From positions 1 through 58,857 of IMG/VR virus record IMGVR_UViG_3300045988_042242: a stretch of DNA of 58,857 bases; one strand, 5' to 3'. This document shows, in pieces, positions 23,580 to 32,257 of this stretch (position 1 is its first letter; the number at the start of each line of letters is the position of its first letter). This DNA is from a virus. The notes under the pieces were generated by a model. That model saw only the letters and a list, made by a program, of their open reading frames with translations. It made no database searches and was not told the origin of the DNA. A program made the position numbers and the translations under genes.

Positions 23580-24224
23580 TCAGAATACAAAATCACACCA
23601 AAGGTCAACAAACTGATTTCCGGCGTACAACGCTAATTCGCGTGTCTTGAAGGCGAGCCGAGAGCCGTACCTCGTACCCGAGTACGAGGATGCGTTGCTC
23701 GCGTTCGCACAGACGAGGCCGCCATACGCGTTGGCGTTGCTACCCGAGCGACCAACGACACGGCAGCATCTTTCTTTGTCATCTGCGTCAAGGTCGTTGT
23801 ATTCGTCTTCTGTGTATAGGCAGAACCACGGATAATACTTACATTCGTCACTGTTCGTCCAATCGGGTGCCCAGCCTTGATTGAGTGCTGCTGTGATGAT
23901 GCGCAACTTCAAGAAAGCCGTCAGGTCGCGCATATCTTTTTCGTTGCCGTTCATCTGCTGTTCATACAGATGATATTGACGTACAAGCGTGTGGTCTTCG
24001 CCGAGAACTGCAATAGCATCTTCAAGCGTCTTCACACGTTCTGTGATTGGGCGGTTGTCAACGGCAGCTTCGATGTGTTCTGCTTCGATGACATACTTCT
24101 TTCCTGTTGAGTCGAATTTGACTTCGTACAGATGCGGTTCACGTTTGATGTCTATGACTTCAGTAATGATGCCCTCTTGGTCGAAGACATTTACTTTTTG
24201 ATTTAATTCAAATTGATTTTTCAT
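23580..24224 (-). CDS. Second (remote) DGR target protein, 214 aa, with a variable region near its C-terminus
   Basis: The C-terminal segment CRVVGRSGSNANAYGGLVCANASNASSYSGTRYGSRLAF is encoded by a copy of the template repeat that differs mainly at TR adenines. No signal peptide or TM segment is seen. Confidence 0.8.
   Translation of the reverse strand: MKNQFELNQKVNVFDQEGIITEVIDIKREPHLYEVKFDSTGKKYVIEAEHIEAAVDNRPITERVKTLEDAIAVLGEDHTLVRQYHLYEQQMNGNEKDMRDLTAFLKLRIITAALNQGWAPDWTNSDECKYYPWFCLYTEDEYNDLDADDKERCCRVVGRSGSNANAYGGLVCANASNASSYSGTRYGSRLAFKTRELALYAGNQFVDLWCDFVF
23653..23765 (-). repeat. DGR variable repeat 2 (VR2)
   Basis: 113-bp alignment to the TR shows 13 differences. Eleven are at TR adenines (coding strand), all in AAY codons or TAT. 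The shared 3' flank CTTCA extends it to 23648. Confidence 0.85.
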
Positions 24225-24383
24225 TGTTGATTTTCTTTAATTTTGGTAATACTTCATGTTTTATTATTCTCTTTGCGTTTGTCGCACGCAAACTCTTTCT
24301 GATAGCATCTTCATCAATGTAGTCGAGAAGAAGCGGCAGGCAGCGCACCAAAGTCGCTACAACATTGTTAGGCACTTGCTTCA

Positions 24384-25121
24384 TCAGTACGGTTCTTTAG
24401 AAACATCGACACAGACACCGCGCTTTGCAATGATGACAGGCTTGCCTGTCTTCTGCATGATACGCTGCTTGAACTGTTCTGCATCGCTGTTGTTGTGTGA
24501 CAGATGTATCAGAATTATGTCGTTCACGGTGTCAAGATTTGAAGACAGCAAGATGTTTTCAGTTGTCTTGATTTCCATGTGCGACTGAAGCAAGCGCGGA
24601 CGCATTGATGCCGGTGTGATGCCGTTTTCAATGTTGTAGTCAAGAATTTCGTCTGAATAGTTCGCTTCTATCATCATGTGTGACAGGTTTGGTATGCGAT
24701 ATTCAAACATCATCGTGTCTGTGACAAACAGCATCTTTCCCATTTCTGCGTGTTCGATGACGAAACCGACACACGGCACATCGTGTTCCACATGCACCAC
24801 AAAGACATTGAACGTGCCTATTCGATAGCCGTGCATCGGTTCGATTTCCTTGCAGAAGATGCGCTGCTTCAATGCGTGTGCGTCAAACACTTCTTTCAAC
24901 GCACACACACGAATTGCACTTTTCAGATATTCAGCGATGAATTTTGAATGGTCACCGTGCTGATGTGTCACGATTGCGCCGGCAATGCGACCAATCTTGA
25001 AGTCAAGTGCTTTCTTCACTTCAAGAAGTGGCATACCGCACTCGATGACAAGTGCGCCGTCAGATGCTTCAAGAATGTAGCAGTTGCCGCTTGATGATGA
25101 GCCGAGAACTTTCAATTTCAT
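24384..25121 (-). CDS. Metallo-beta-lactamase-fold hydrolase (possible nuclease partner of RecT)
   Basis: HxHxDH motif THQHGDHS. 245 aa, directly downstream of recT. Confidence 0.7.
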   Translation of the reverse strand: MKLKVLGSSSSGNCYILEASDGALVIECGMPLLEVKKALDFKIGRIAGAIVTHQHGDHSKFIAEYLKSAIRVCALKEVFDAHALKQRIFCKEIEPMHGYRIGTFNVFVVHVEHDVPCVGFVIEHAEMGKMLFVTDTMMFEYRIPNLSHMMIEANYSDEILDYNIENGITPASMRPRLLQSHMEIKTTENILLSSNLDTVNDIILIHLSHNNSDAEQFKQRIMQKTGKPVIIAKRGVCVDVSKEPY

Positions 25122-25142
25122 CGTGAACTTCTGTTTTATGGG

Positions 25143-26120
25143 TTAGTAACCTGGTGCTTCTTCTGCTTCGTTCTGCTGTGACGCTTCTGATGCTGTTTTG
25201 GGCTGCTGTGTGACTTCGCCGGTGCTTTCATCGACTACTTCTTCATACTCGACTGTTGAAGCGTCAAGGTTAAGCGGTTTCTCGTCTGCGATTTGCAGTG
25301 CTTCTTCACGCGCCACAAGTGCGTGCTGTGAAGCGTTGTCATCTGCTGTGATAGCGTTCTGCATCTTGATAGACAGATAGCCATACTTCGACAGAACACG
25401 GCGAATGACAGTCTTCAGTGCCATGTCGTTGAAATTTCCCTCCCAACCGACAGACTTTGACACAACACCGTTGTTCGCTTTCTCGATGAGCTGCGCGATA
25501 GTGGTGTCTTGCTTGATACCGGGAGCGTATCGCTTCGCATACTTCGCCATGTCTTCGACTGACATGAAAAGTGTCTTGCTGTAACCGTTCAGCAACTCGA
25601 AGTAACAGAAGTAACCGACAATCTTGTCAGAAGCCTTCTTGCCGTCAAGTGCGACTTCACCTGACAGACGGTTCACTGTGCGAAGTTCGCCCTCATAAAC
25701 AAAGTCCGCGTTAATGGTGCGATACTGACCTGTTCGCATAGCGAGTTGAATGTAACCCTTGTAACCGGGAATGAATGTCGGTGTCGGCACTTTTATCCAT
25801 TCATCGCGGCCGGTCTGTTCGTTGCGCACTTTCTTCTTGTTGTTGTACACAACGATGTAGGCGAAACCGAGTGCGCGATTGATAGGCAGGTCAAGCACTG
25901 CTGCTTTCAGTGCTTCAGACACGATTTGCGCCGGTTGGCAAGTCTGAAGCGACTTGTCACCGTTGTAAAGGTCGATGATGCTTGCGACAAACAGGTCTTT
26001 GTTTTCTGCAAGCGCGTTTTGGAACTGTTCCTGAACACTGGGCGCGTTCAGAATGGTCTTCAGTTTTGCAAGACCGCCGGTTGTCTGCGGCTGTGCTGCG
26101 ATTTGATTTTTTTCAGCCAT
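25143..26120 (-). CDS. recT: RecT-family single-strand annealing protein
   Basis: 325 aa. IPGYKGYIQLAMRTGQYRTINADFVYEGE and the overall RecT pattern. Confidence 0.8.
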   Translation of the reverse strand: MAEKNQIAAQPQTTGGLAKLKTILNAPSVQEQFQNALAENKDLFVASIIDLYNGDKSLQTCQPAQIVSEALKAAVLDLPINRALGFAYIVVYNNKKKVRNEQTGRDEWIKVPTPTFIPGYKGYIQLAMRTGQYRTINADFVYEGELRTVNRLSGEVALDGKKASDKIVGYFCYFELLNGYSKTLFMSVEDMAKYAKRYAPGIKQDTTIAQLIEKANNGVVSKSVGWEGNFNDMALKTVIRRVLSKYGYLSIKMQNAITADDNASQHALVAREEALQIADEKPLNLDASTVEYEEVVDESTGEVTQQPKTASEASQQNEAEEAPGY

Positions 26121-26147
26121 TTTACTGCGTTGTTAATTGGTGAATTA

Positions 26148-28169
26148 TTATTGATTGTTTGCTTCAACACGAAGTTGTGCATCGCGTGAAACGATAAGAT
26201 TTATTGTTTGTGACTGCATCGGCATGATGTCGTTGATACTTTCTGCGTTATCCACGAATATAGGTGCGTAGATCTCTTCAGACTTGCAGATTGCGTTGAT
26301 GATGTCAAGACCGATGTTGATACGTTCTGCGTTGCTGCAAGTGCTGTATGGCTTACCGTTCAGCGTTGCTTCGCACGTTTCACTTTCTGCGCCGTTGATT
26401 GCTACTGCTATCCAACGAAAGCGCACGATGCTGAAAAGACCGTTGATGCGTGCTTCGATTGCTGCGCTGCGTGCTTTACTGAACTCTGCTATGACAAATT
26501 CTTTGCGTTCAAGTTCTGCAAGTTCGATATTCAGTTCCTGCATCTTCTTTTCAAGTTCGCTCACGCGGCGTTTGTCTGCTTCTGCGTCTGTGCGCTTTGC
26601 AAGTTTAGCGACAAGCGTTTCAATCGCTTGTGTCAGTGTCGTGCGACCGTTACGCAATTCTTCACGATTTTCGTTCTTATTGCCGTCAGACTGCTGCTTT
26701 GTGTCTTTTTCTTTCGTCAGTCGGTCAATGTCTTCTTGAAGTGACTTGTTGCGGCTGTCTGCTGCTATTGCTGCATCAGCATCAGGTCTGACAAGTTCGG
26801 CAGTGTATTCAGAAGATGCTTCGATTGATGTGATGCGCTTCTTGTATTCTGCAATAGACGCTTCAGCAAGTAAGATGTTCTTCTGATATTCTTCTTTGCG
26901 CGTGTTGTTTGCGATGCCATTACGCTTGTTGCGTGCGATGTCATCAGCGACTTCACCAAGACGCTTTTCACGTTCTTTCTCGAAGTTATGAAGCATCTGT
27001 GCTTCTTTTGCTTCTATGTCAGCCATGTCAAGCGGTCTGTGACAAGTAGGGCAAACAAACTGTGCTTCGTCAATCTGAAGTGTTTCTGCCTTGATAGACT
27101 TCTGCTTTGCGTTGAGCTTCTGCCATTCTGCAAGGAGCGTGTTACGGCGTTCTTCGCACTGTGCGATTTCTTTCTTGTAGGTGTCGATGTCGAGTTCACA
27201 CGATGCGATATTCTGCTTCAACAGTTCAACTTCGTGCTTCAGTTCGTTCTTCTTTACCTGTGCTGCGTAGAAGTCGCGCATAACTTCCTCTGTGATTTCA
27301 TTTTGACGCTTCATGCGTTCTGTGCGAAGACTTTCAATTTCGCGCATCAGTTTACGCACGGCTTCATTTGATGCGCTTTCTGCTGCATTGATGTCTTCAA
27401 GTTGCTTTTCGATGTCTGCGCGTGCTTCGCGCTTCTGCTTCAGTTCTGCTTCAAGCGAAGACCAATCTTCTTCTTCAGACTTCGCGATGTCACGCTTCTT
27501 TTCGTCAATGCGACCAGGCAGGTCAACGAGTTCTGCATTGATGCGCTGCTTCTTCGCGCTGATTTCTTTCTTGAAGTCTGCAAGCGTCTTGCCTGTCAGT
27601 TCTGCAAGTAACTTCTGAAAGTCTTCGTTGTCTGCTGCGACTTCTTCGTCTGTAATGTTTCCGGCCATACGGTGCAACATCGCTTTCTGCACTTCTGCTT
27701 TCTGACTTGTGAAGTATGTCGGCGATGTGATGAACTTAAAGACTGCTTCATCGCAAATGTCGGTGATGTGTTCTTCATAGTCTTTCTTGCTGCACGGCAC
27801 GTCATTGAAGAAGCGTTCTTCTTTGTTGCCGTCAAACTCTTTGTCAACCTTACCTGCACGCTTCACCCATTTTTCAGTGAAGCGGCGTGACAGAGTGATT
27901 TCCTTACCGTTCACTTCGATGACTGCACTGACTTCATGCGGAAGTTGTGCGATGATGTTTCCGTCTTCGTCAAGTGTCTTCAGGTCAAATGCCTTGCGGT
28001 CTTGGCTGTCTTTGCCAAACAGTAGCCAAGTGAAAGCATCGAAGACTGTTGTCTTTCCGGCACCGTTGCGACCGTAGATGTTTGTGACTGTCTGATTGAA
28101 GTCAATTGTCAGGTCGCGCACACCCTTGAAATTTACAAGGTGCATCTGTTTGATGATGATACTTTTCAT
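26148..28169 (-). CDS. SbcC/Rad50-like SMC-type ATPase with zinc hook
   Basis: N-terminal Walker A GRNGAGKTT, a coiled coil of about 400 aa with a central CPTCHRPL hook, and a C-terminal IFVDNAESI Walker B/D-loop. Confidence 0.7.
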   Translation of the reverse strand: MKSIIIKQMHLVNFKGVRDLTIDFNQTVTNIYGRNGAGKTTVFDAFTWLLFGKDSQDRKAFDLKTLDEDGNIIAQLPHEVSAVIEVNGKEITLSRRFTEKWVKRAGKVDKEFDGNKEERFFNDVPCSKKDYEEHITDICDEAVFKFITSPTYFTSQKAEVQKAMLHRMAGNITDEEVAADNEDFQKLLAELTGKTLADFKKEISAKKQRINAELVDLPGRIDEKKRDIAKSEEEDWSSLEAELKQKREARADIEKQLEDINAAESASNEAVRKLMREIESLRTERMKRQNEITEEVMRDFYAAQVKKNELKHEVELLKQNIASCELDIDTYKKEIAQCEERRNTLLAEWQKLNAKQKSIKAETLQIDEAQFVCPTCHRPLDMADIEAKEAQMLHNFEKEREKRLGEVADDIARNKRNGIANNTRKEEYQKNILLAEASIAEYKKRITSIEASSEYTAELVRPDADAAIAADSRNKSLQEDIDRLTKEKDTKQQSDGNKNENREELRNGRTTLTQAIETLVAKLAKRTDAEADKRRVSELEKKMQELNIELAELERKEFVIAEFSKARSAAIEARINGLFSIVRFRWIAVAINGAESETCEATLNGKPYSTCSNAERINIGLDIINAICKSEEIYAPIFVDNAESINDIMPMQSQTINLIVSRDAQLRVEANNQ

Positions 28170-28177
28170 TGCGTTTG

Positions 28178-28462
28178 TTATTTAATTCTGCGCGTTGCGC
28201 AAATAGTTGATGCTTGTGAGTTGATTTCGTCTTTTGACGCTGTGCGGTTGCGTGTCTGCCACGCTTCGATTTCTTCACGCTTGAAGTACAGTGAACCGTT
28301 CTGCTTGTATGTCGGTATGACTTGTTCTGATGCCATGTGTCGGACGCGACTTTCACTGATTTCAAGCACAAGCGCGAGGTCTTTGACACTCCACACGTTC
28401 TTCATCAGCGCAATCATGCTGCGCTTGATGTCGCTTAATGACTGCTTCAGTTCTTCATTCAT
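28178..28462 (-). CDS. Helix-turn-helix DNA-binding protein (excisionase/MerR-like)
   Basis: Start refined to MNEELKQS.... The segment VWSVKDLALVLEISESRVRHMASEQVIPTYKQNGSLYFKREEIEAW resembles the Xis-type HTH. Confidence 0.5.
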   Translation of the reverse strand: MNEELKQSLSDIKRSMIALMKNVWSVKDLALVLEISESRVRHMASEQVIPTYKQNGSLYFKREEIEAWQTRNRTASKDEINSQASTICATRRIK

Positions 28463-28715
28463 GTGCGTCTTGCTTTTTTGCTTCGCGAAGTTCTTCAAGA
28501 GAAGCGCGTAGCATGAGTTTCTGACCTGCCAAACCGATAATACAGAAGCAAACAGTGTAGAATATGTTGTCTGCAATACGGTCGTAATGCGTGAATAATG
28601 CGCGTAGTGCGTAACCATAGCCAAACAGAATGATGAACCATGAAAACACTACCTGTGCATACAAGAAGACGCGCTCGGTCTTTCGTATGATTTTGTCTGC
28701 TGTCTGTTCTTTCAT
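28455..28715 (-). CDS. Small membrane protein (two predicted TM helices)
   Basis: 86 aa. Hydrophobic segments VFLYAQVVFSWFIILFGYGYAL and IFYTVCFCIIGLAG. Confidence 0.45.
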   Translation of the reverse strand: MKEQTADKIIRKTERVFLYAQVVFSWFIILFGYGYALRALFTHYDRIADNIFYTVCFCIIGLAGQKLMLRASLEELREAKKQDAHE

Positions 28716-28717
28716 TG

Positions 28718-28966
28718 TTATTCTTCGTTAGCGTTGTCAAAATGATGTTCTGAGAATAGTTCATCTTCCTGCATCCCATAGTGTTCAGCAAGAAGTGTCA
28801 TGCGTGTACTGTTTGGTTTCTGCTTTCCCGAAACCCAAGCGCGTACTGTTGCAAGTGGTGCGCGTGCTACTGCTGCCATTTCTGCAAGTTGAGCCTGTGC
28901 CGGTGTCAATGCTTCAAGCGCATCAGAATAGCGCACGTCAAGCGGTTTCTTTTTGTTCTTTGTCAT
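28718..28966 (-). CDS. Cro-like HTH (XRE-family) regulator
   Basis: 82 aa, the second gene of the minus-strand early operon leaving the divergent switch region. HTH-like LAEMAAVARAPLATVRAWVSG. Confidence 0.55.
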   Translation of the reverse strand: MTKNKKKPLDVRYSDALEALTPAQAQLAEMAAVARAPLATVRAWVSGKQKPNSTRMTLLAEHYGMQEDELFSEHHFDNANEE

Positions 28967-28982
28967 ACTGCTGATTTTGATG

Positions 28983-29279
28983 TTAGTTTAACGACCATGT
29001 CGTGCGCACATCGCAATGGTCAATTTCGTTATGCTTCACTGCTTCGCCGTTCTTGATAAGCGTCTTCAAAAATTCTTTATCTACATAAATGCCTGACTTG
29101 CCACCCCATGAATTTGTGCCAGTAAACAAAACACTTTGTGATGTCAATTCGGCGTTTTCGATGTGTATCGACATTGATGAACCATTCCATGTGTCGTAAG
29201 TGCTTAATCTTCGGCCTACAGTCTTTCTGATTACCCTTTCGATGTCGATTTCTTTGATTATTTTCTTTGATGTCATCAT
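28983..29279 (-). CDS. Hypothetical protein (98 aa), first gene of the early operon
   Basis: ORF preceded by a variant leader (plus strand catattacgttga at 29277..29289). Confidence 0.5.
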   Translation of the reverse strand: MMTSKKIIKEIDIERVIRKTVGRRLSTYDTWNGSSMSIHIENAELTSQSVLFTGTNSWGGKSGIYVDKEFLKTLIKNGEAVKHNEIDHCDVRTTWSLN

Positions 29280-29318
29280 ATTACGTTGATTTTTATTGCG
29301 TGTTAGACACTAATTTTA

Positions 29319-29381
29319 TAACTTTGCACACTTACTTTCGTCAGTGTTGCACTCACTTTCGTGATTGCTGGTGCAAAGATA
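29319..29381. promoter_or_regulatory. Divergent promoter/operator region of the lysis-lysogeny switch
   Basis: Plus-strand -7 box TAACTTTG (29319..29326) and minus-strand TATCTTTG (29374..29381). Between them lie direct repeats ttgcacacttactttcgt (29324..29341) and ttgcactcactttcgt (29347..29362). Confidence 0.5.
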
Positions 29382-29471
29382 AACATAAATGTTGGTCTGT
29401 GCAAACAAAAACGATGATTTCCCAACAAAAAAATTTGGCGATAATCATAAATCATTAAAATTCAACGCAAT

Positions 29472-29801
29472 ATGAAAGGACAAAAAATTAAAGAAATTTT
29501 GCGTGCTGAGGGCATAACGCTCTCGGAAGTAGCCTCTTTACTTGGTTTTGATAACGACCAAAGACTACACAGCGCACTAAAATCAGACGATGTGAAAAGC
29601 GGTCTTATTGAAGACATCGCAAGGGTTACAAACAAAAGTGTTGGCTTCTTCTATGGTCTGCCGGTGGTGAACGACCACGGCATACTTGCAAGCAACAACG
29701 CTACATACAACGAAACTGAAATATCGGTGCGGTTTATCGGTCTTCTTGAAAAGAAAGACGAGCAGATTGACCGACTGTTGACAATGCTTGAAAGGAAATA
29801 A
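29472..29801 (+). CDS. CI-like repressor (XRE-family HTH)
   Basis: 109 aa. HTH IKEILRAEGITLSEVASLLGF. It is transcribed divergently from the early operon and together with the lysogeny-side genes. Confidence 0.6.
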   Translation: MKGQKIKEILRAEGITLSEVASLLGFDNDQRLHSALKSDDVKSGLIEDIARVTNKSVGFFYGLPVVNDHGILASNNATYNETEISVRFIGLLEKKDEQIDRLLTMLERK

Positions 29802-29803
29802 TT

Positions 29804-30295
29804 ATGAAAATCAGCCTTGAAGAACTATTTGCATATTGCGAGCGCAACGGCATCAGTGTTGGCAACATACCAGAAGACGTGATGTGTGCTTCAACTGAAG
29901 CGATGATGAAAGGTGAAGATAAATTTGAAGTGTCTGATAACACCTTTGCACAGATTGATGAAGCGCATCGTAAAGATGTAGAACGTCAAAAACTGTATGA
30001 TGACATTTCTGCGTGTCGGCTTGCCGGAATGAAAGACGAAGATGAAAACAACATTGATGAAGCGATAGCACAGTATGCTGAAGCAATACGCATCGGTGAA
30101 GCATCAGAATTTGACCTGTTGCACGCATACAGACACGCATACGACCGTATCATCATATTATTATCGCGCACGCACGCATACGCACGAGAAGCCGAATACA
30201 TAGAACAATTACTGAAATGGCACAAACTTCAAGACATCGACAGAAAACGTCTTGAAGAACGTCTTAGAAAAACATACATGAAAATCAACAAATGA
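29804..30295 (+). CDS. Hypothetical helical protein (163 aa)
   Basis: ORF coupled to the repressor gene (2-nt gap) and overlapping the next gene. Confidence 0.5.
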   Translation: MKISLEELFAYCERNGISVGNIPEDVMCASTEAMMKGEDKFEVSDNTFAQIDEAHRKDVERQKLYDDISACRLAGMKDEDENNIDEAIAQYAEAIRIGEASEFDLLHAYRHAYDRIIILLSRTHAYAREAEYIEQLLKWHKLQDIDRKRLEERLRKTYMKINK

Positions 30296-30807
30296 CAGAT
30301 ATGAAGAAATTACTGATATTGGTATTTGCTGCATTATGCTTCACAGCGTGCGGCAATGATGATGAGCCGGAAGCAACACCGACTATCACAAAGGAAATTC
30401 GCGAAGTGTGGTCTTCGCTGTCAGGCACGTATTCAACCACGTTCTATGTTCTGAATACTGATAATGTGTGGTACCCCGAAACAATCACATTAAAGCCATA
30501 TTCTGCGCCGGAGAAGTTCGTGCCAATTATGACAGACAAACGCGGTGACATATACGCATACGGCACTGCCGACATTCAAGACACGCGCTTCACTTCAATC
30601 ACAGGCACATCGCACTGTTATTATTGCCTGGGGTATTCTTCAACCGGCAAACTGACAATCACTTTCTATCAGTACGCAAATGACAGCGGTGAAAGTTGGG
30701 GGCGTGAAGACGAAAGAAGCATCAGACTGTTGTCTGCATCTGAATTTGAAATGTGGTCTTATGGCACAAGTGAAGCGGAAAATGTTCATAAATACGTCAG
30801 ACAATGA
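30292..30807 (+). CDS. Lipoprotein expressed from the lysogeny operon (candidate superinfection-exclusion or conversion factor)
   Basis: Signal peptide plus lipobox MKKLLILVFAALCFTAC-GNDDE. It is co-oriented with the repressor. Confidence 0.6.
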   Translation: MTDMKKLLILVFAALCFTACGNDDEPEATPTITKEIREVWSSLSGTYSTTFYVLNTDNVWYPETITLKPYSAPEKFVPIMTDKRGDIYAYGTADIQDTRFTSITGTSHCYYCLGYSSTGKLTITFYQYANDSGESWGREDERSIRLLSASEFEMWSYGTSEAENVHKYVRQ

Positions 30808-31073
30808 GCCGAACACGAAACTACAGCCAAGACACGCTCAATGTCATGGAACGGTTTTACGTTGCGCTTGAAGCGTGCAAAGACAGCAAGGTCATCAATA
30901 GCGTATCGGAATACTGCGAGAAGAACAACATTGAAAGTGCCGCATTATACAGACAGAGAAAGCATCGTGAACGAGGTCTGTTTGAAATAGGTTGGGCGGT
31001 GCCGCTCATTCGCGACTGCGGCGTGTCCGCACGTTGGCTGATGACAGGTGTCGGGTCAATGTTCGCACAATAA
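30804..31073 (+). CDS. Small DNA-binding-like protein (89 aa)
   Basis: The C-terminal CGVSARWLMTGVGSMF resembles the WLxTG ending of phage CI-type HTH domains. This call is tentative. Confidence 0.4.
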   Translation: MSRTRNYSQDTLNVMERFYVALEACKDSKVINSVSEYCEKNNIESAALYRQRKHRERGLFEIGWAVPLIRDCGVSARWLMTGVGSMFAQ

Positions 31074-31113
31074 ACAAAGACAGCGTGACGTTCATAGCCA
31101 CGCTGTCTTTGTT
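31073..31113. terminator. Bidirectional terminator between the lysogeny operon and the integrase gene
   Basis: Perfect 15-bp inverted repeat aacaaagacagcgtg / cacgctgtctttgtt. Confidence 0.7.
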
Positions 31114-32257
31114 ATTCATCATCCTCAAACAAGTTCGGTATTCGTTCAACCGCTGCTTTCTTGTTCTTGTCTAATATCTTCGCATACACTTGTGTCGTTT
31201 CAATGCTCTTGTGTCCTAACAACTTCGATACTGTGTAAAGGTCAACGCCCAAGTCGAGCATCATAACTGCGAATGTATGTCGCGCACAGTGAAACGTGAT
31301 GTGCTTGTTGATACCGGCACTTTTCACCCATGCCGCGATGCTGATGCGTACCGCCTGTATTGGACCAAGTTTCGGGAAGACGCGGTCTTCAGGGTTGCCA
31401 CGTTCACCAAGCATCGAAGCTGCTTGCGTGTTCAGGTCAAGATATTCAAGTCCGCCGGTCTTCTTCTGCGTGAACACGATGCGCGTGCCTGTGTGCCATT
31501 CTTGCACTTCACTCCACTTCAGTTTCACAATGTCGCTCCAGCGCAACCCGGTCAGGCAAGAAAAGAAAAACGCTTGTGCAAGGTCTTCATTCGGTGGCGG
31601 TGTCTTGCGTAGTTTCTTGATTTCTTCAATCGTCAGAAATTCGCGGTCAGACTCAGGTTCTTTGAAGCGTTCAACACCGGCGGTCGGGTTGAAACGTATG
31701 ATACCCTCGCGCATCGCGATATTGAAGACGCTGCAAAACTTCTGAAACATAAGTGCCTTTGTTCCCTGCGATATTGGCTTTGGCTCAACATCGCGCTTTC
31801 GTGTGTCAATCGCCCACTGCATCGCTTCTGTGTCAAGATAGTCACGGAAGCCACGCACCCACTGCGGCGTGATTTCACCGAACGTGATGCGTTCGTTCGG
31901 TTCATACTTCAGAATGTGTGCAAGGCAGTTCTGCCAACTTGTCTTTGTCGTGCCGTCCTTGCGGTCTATAATCTTGCGCATGACCTCAATAAACATCGCG
32001 TCTTCGTGCGTCTGTACGTCAATGCCAAAGTCTTTTGACTGAATTTCGACCACGCGCTTTGCACGCATCGCTTCAGCAAGTTTCAGCGTTTCTTTGTTCT
32101 TCTGCTTGTCTTCGCGTGTCTTTTCCGGCACAAGATACATTTTCAGATATTCATTCGTGCGCTTGCCGTCACGACAAATATCAAGATACAGCGCAATCGT
32201 ACCGTTTCTGCGCGGTCGCTTGCGTAGATAGACGATTTCTTTTTTTTTCTGTGTCAT
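31112..32257 (-). CDS. int: Tyrosine recombinase / phage integrase (Bacteroidota type)
   Basis: Start refined to MTQKKKEIVYLRKR... at 32257, with the leader catattgcggtga. The catalytic region includes HCARHTFAVMM and LLGHKSIETTQVYAKI. An N-terminal SAM-like arm-binding domain is present. Confidence 0.9.
   Translation of the reverse strand: MTQKKKEIVYLRKRPRRNGTIALYLDICRDGKRTNEYLKMYLVPEKTREDKQKNKETLKLAEAMRAKRVVEIQSKDFGIDVQTHEDAMFIEVMRKIIDRKDGTTKTSWQNCLAHILKYEPNERITFGEITPQWVRGFRDYLDTEAMQWAIDTRKRDVEPKPISQGTKALMFQKFCSVFNIAMREGIIRFNPTAGVERFKEPESDREFLTIEEIKKLRKTPPPNEDLAQAFFFSCLTGLRWSDIVKLKWSEVQEWHTGTRIVFTQKKTGGLEYLDLNTQAASMLGERGNPEDRVFPKLGPIQAVRISIAAWVKSAGINKHITFHCARHTFAVMMLDLGVDLYTVSKLLGHKSIETTQVYAKILDKNKKAAVERIPNLFEDDE

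Noticed and set aside
32240-32248. A9 homopolymer right after the integrase start codon (MTQKKKE) as a possible phase-variation switch.
   Set aside because: It simply encodes a Lys tract common at the N-termini of these integrases. Without population data there is no evidence of length variation.
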